In this document: positions 61,413 to 64,000 of the stretch, one piece after another
Numbering within the stretch: position 1 is the stretch's first letter
How the letters are laid out: every line of letters starts with the position of its first letter
Source of the DNA: Phaeosaccion multiseriatum
Lineage: Eukaryota > Protista > Ochrophyta, other classes
NCBI GenBank assembly: GCA_965112735.1
Contig: OZ218950.1
Coordinates: forward strand, 620,001 to 684,000
Reading direction: 5' to 3'
Length of the DNA stretch: 64,000 bases
The notes under the pieces: generated by a model
Seen by the model: only the letters and a program-made list of their open reading frames with translations
What the model was told of the DNA's origin: nothing
Databases searched by the model: none
Program-made: the position numbers and the translations under genes

Positions 61413-64000
61413 ACACAGGTGCAGGAGCACCCCGAGAATGGCAACGACGTCACCAGAGAGGAGATCAGCACAGCCATGCTGCTGACCTACCGGAGGGTCA
61501 ACTTCTGGAAGGGCCAAGGAGCAGACGGGCGCAGGGCGAGCCACGTCAAGTACCCCCCGGACAGCCCCCAGGAGTACGCAATCGTGGAGGCTCTGACTGA
61601 CACCTACGAGCTGCTCCGAACGGGGGACACTCCACTGCCTCCACAGCTCGCCAAACGGTGGTTCAGCACCAGCGCCGCAGCCCTCGGCGAGAAAGCGCGT
61701 CCTGTGACATCCCCCAACCTCTACCGCAGCCTCGTGGAGAGCTGTCACATGAAGCTCATCGCGGACAGGGTGGGCCCAGAGCTCAGAAGCGCAGGACAGC
61801 TAGCGGTAGCGGTCAGAGGCGGAGGGGAAACACACGCCGCAGCAGCCCAGCTAGCGCACGATGCCGGCAAAACCGTCGTGCTGCATGACATCACCAAGGC
61901 CTACACCCGCGTGTCGCGTGCCAGAGGCGTCCTAGCCTCAGGAGCACTCCCTACCATCGACCCAGCAGGCATCAACTACGCCATCGCCAGCCTCTCCCAC
62001 GCCTCCGCCCACAACGCCCTCACACCAGACGGCACCCAGACCATCCACCAGAGCTCCGGAGTCAACCAAGGAGCACCAGAAGGGCCTCTCATGTTCGCAG
62101 CCGCCATCCACCCAGTGCTGAAAGTTCAGAACACAGCCGACACCGCAGCGAACCGCCCCACCATCTCCGCCTACGCAGACGACCTCATGGACCAGCTGGA
62201 ACCCGACGCACCCCTACAGACCTACGCCCCACGCCATGCCCATCTCCAAGCCCAATTCCGAGGCTTGGGCCTCGAGTTCAACGAGAGGAAAACGGTTTAC
62301 CTCATGGGCAAAGGCAAGCAGCCAACACAGGCTGACAGGGACCACGCCCAACGGCAGGGCGCCACACTTGCCACCGAGGGTACCGTGGTAGCCGGCATCC
62401 CCGTCGGCACGGAGGAGTACATCGAAGAGTACCTCCGCAACATCCTCGGCCAAGAAGACCCCAGGGGCTACCTCCAACTCGCCAAACACTGCAGCGAGTG
62501 GGACAACACCCAGGCGGCCACCCTCGTCCTCCTCCAATGCCTCCCAGCCAGGCTCACACACCTGGCGAGAGCCATTGACCCCTCCATCTTCCGACGCGCC
62601 CTCGGCAGCAGGGCAGACCGCACCAACAGAGCGACAATGGCCCACATCATGCGACTCCCCGATGCCCCCCTCTGGAGCAGGCCGCAGATGCACAAGAGGA
62701 GCCATGGACGGAGACACAGCGCCTACAAATGCATACGGCACGGCGCTTCGGCGGCCTCGGCCTCACCAGCCTCCACGACATCGCCCCAGCAGCATACCTT
62801 GGCAACAAGATGCTCACCCTCCCCCCTGCTCAGCCGCACCGCACGCCGGGAAGGCTCCCAAGAGAGCGCCCTACCGGACCAGCTGTTCACCAACGGAGCC
62901 CTCAAGAGCGTCGCCGACAGCGTCAACCTCCTGCACGAGGAGGGGGTCCCTGAGGCCCCCCTCATCCAAGCAGTGGGTCAGGCACAGTTCGACGAGGCCC
63001 GCTCACGCGTACTCGAGCCGCCTGACCACCAAGCCCAGGACACAGCGCGACGCAACGTGCGCAGGAGCCATCAGGCAGGCCGTCAACCGACCCACGGCGT
63101 CCAGAAGGCCCTCACCACCTTCATCCACAAACGCCGCCATGAGGAGCTGACGCAGAGCATCGCCACCATCGACGTCACACCGGCAGAGGCACAGAGGGGA
63201 GAGGAGACACAGGAAATGGCAACAGCCCGACTCCACTCACAGCGAGGAAGGGGCGCCATGGCCTTCCTCGGAGCGCTCCCCCACGGCCACAACACCATGG
63301 CCCCCGCAGAATGGACCATGGCCCTTCGTCGCAACCTCGGTGTCAACACGCCATACGCGGACCCGCCCCCACCCTGCCTTGGCACAGGCTGCGCCCGCAC
63401 GGCAAGCACTACCCACGCCACCATCTGCCCCCGCACCGGCCTCCACAACCACACACACCACCTCCTCGTCAAGGCCTTCGGGAGGATGATGCACAGCGTG
63501 GGCATTGGAGGAGCACGTGTAGAGGACCAGACCTGCTTCGACGGCCCCACGGGCACCCGAGCAGGCCGAGACCTACGCATGGACCTGACCTATCCCGCAG
63601 GTAGCTTCCCGGGAGCGGACGCACCCCTGCGGAGAAACCTCCTCTGCGACATCACCGTCACCAACCCCACCGCCCCCACTCACGTGGGACGGGCCTCCAC
63701 CACGCCAGGCCACGCAGCAGCCGCCGCCGAAGAACGCAAGCGCACCCACTACCTGGGCAGTTTTCTGCCCGGGACTTCAACCCTGAAGTGCATTGCAATC
63801 GAGACGTACGGCAGACTGGGCCACCAAACGGACGAGCTCATCGAGGCGATGGCCATCCACAAGGCATCAAGAGGGCTCGGCCCCGCAGCGGCGGCAGCCA
63901 CGGGCCCCATCAAGGGCCTCCTGCGCCAACAACTGTCCCTCGCCCTTCAACGCGCCCTCTCACAGCGGGAGATCAGGTATGGCACCCTCCTTCGAGCCAC
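61413..64000 (+). mobile_element. 5'-truncated CRE-like copy (RT + RLE), runs off the window
   Basis: Matches from ~57316 onward. The 5' junction follows gcttgtcgcacc. Confidence 0.93.

Noticed and set aside
57451-62830. Programmed frameshifts in the CRE ORF
   Set aside because: The shifts differ between near-identical copies and sit in C-runs (57455 vs 61555; 58566 vs 62667; 58723 vs 62823), which is typical of homopolymer errors or slippage.

Overview
Eukaryotic, GC-rich, microsatellite-laden DNA with spliceosomal GT-AG introns. A stramenopile alga or relative is my guess from gene style; this is not demonstrated. About 1-53.5 kb is a head-to-tail array of a ~6-kb unit. Each unit carries, on the minus strand, (i) an intronless gene of 4-11 tandem 75-78-bp WRKY19-like C-x4-C-x10-C-x2-H zinc-finger repeats with a hypervariable 3-residue window and a constant C-terminal domain, and (ii) a 5'-truncated 7-exon gene ('gene B') of unknown function. 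The zinc-finger minisatellite is an insertion hotspot. It holds a 5'-truncated Ngaro/DIRS tyrosine-recombinase (YR) dimer (17952-21713), a young Copia element with identical LTRs (28685-34088), and four segments of a CRE-clade RLE non-LTR retrotransposon (22009-22321, 53553-60298, 60381-61328, 61413-end). The non-LTR element joins the repeat at the same nucleotide at every visible 3' end and encodes two RING fingers. The Ngaro junction fuses the zinc-finger array in frame to a complete YR catalytic domain, giving a natural zinc-finger-recombinase-like chimera. There is also a family of TCG...CGA MITEs with 6-bp TSDs and a chromodomain-bearing retroelement remnant.
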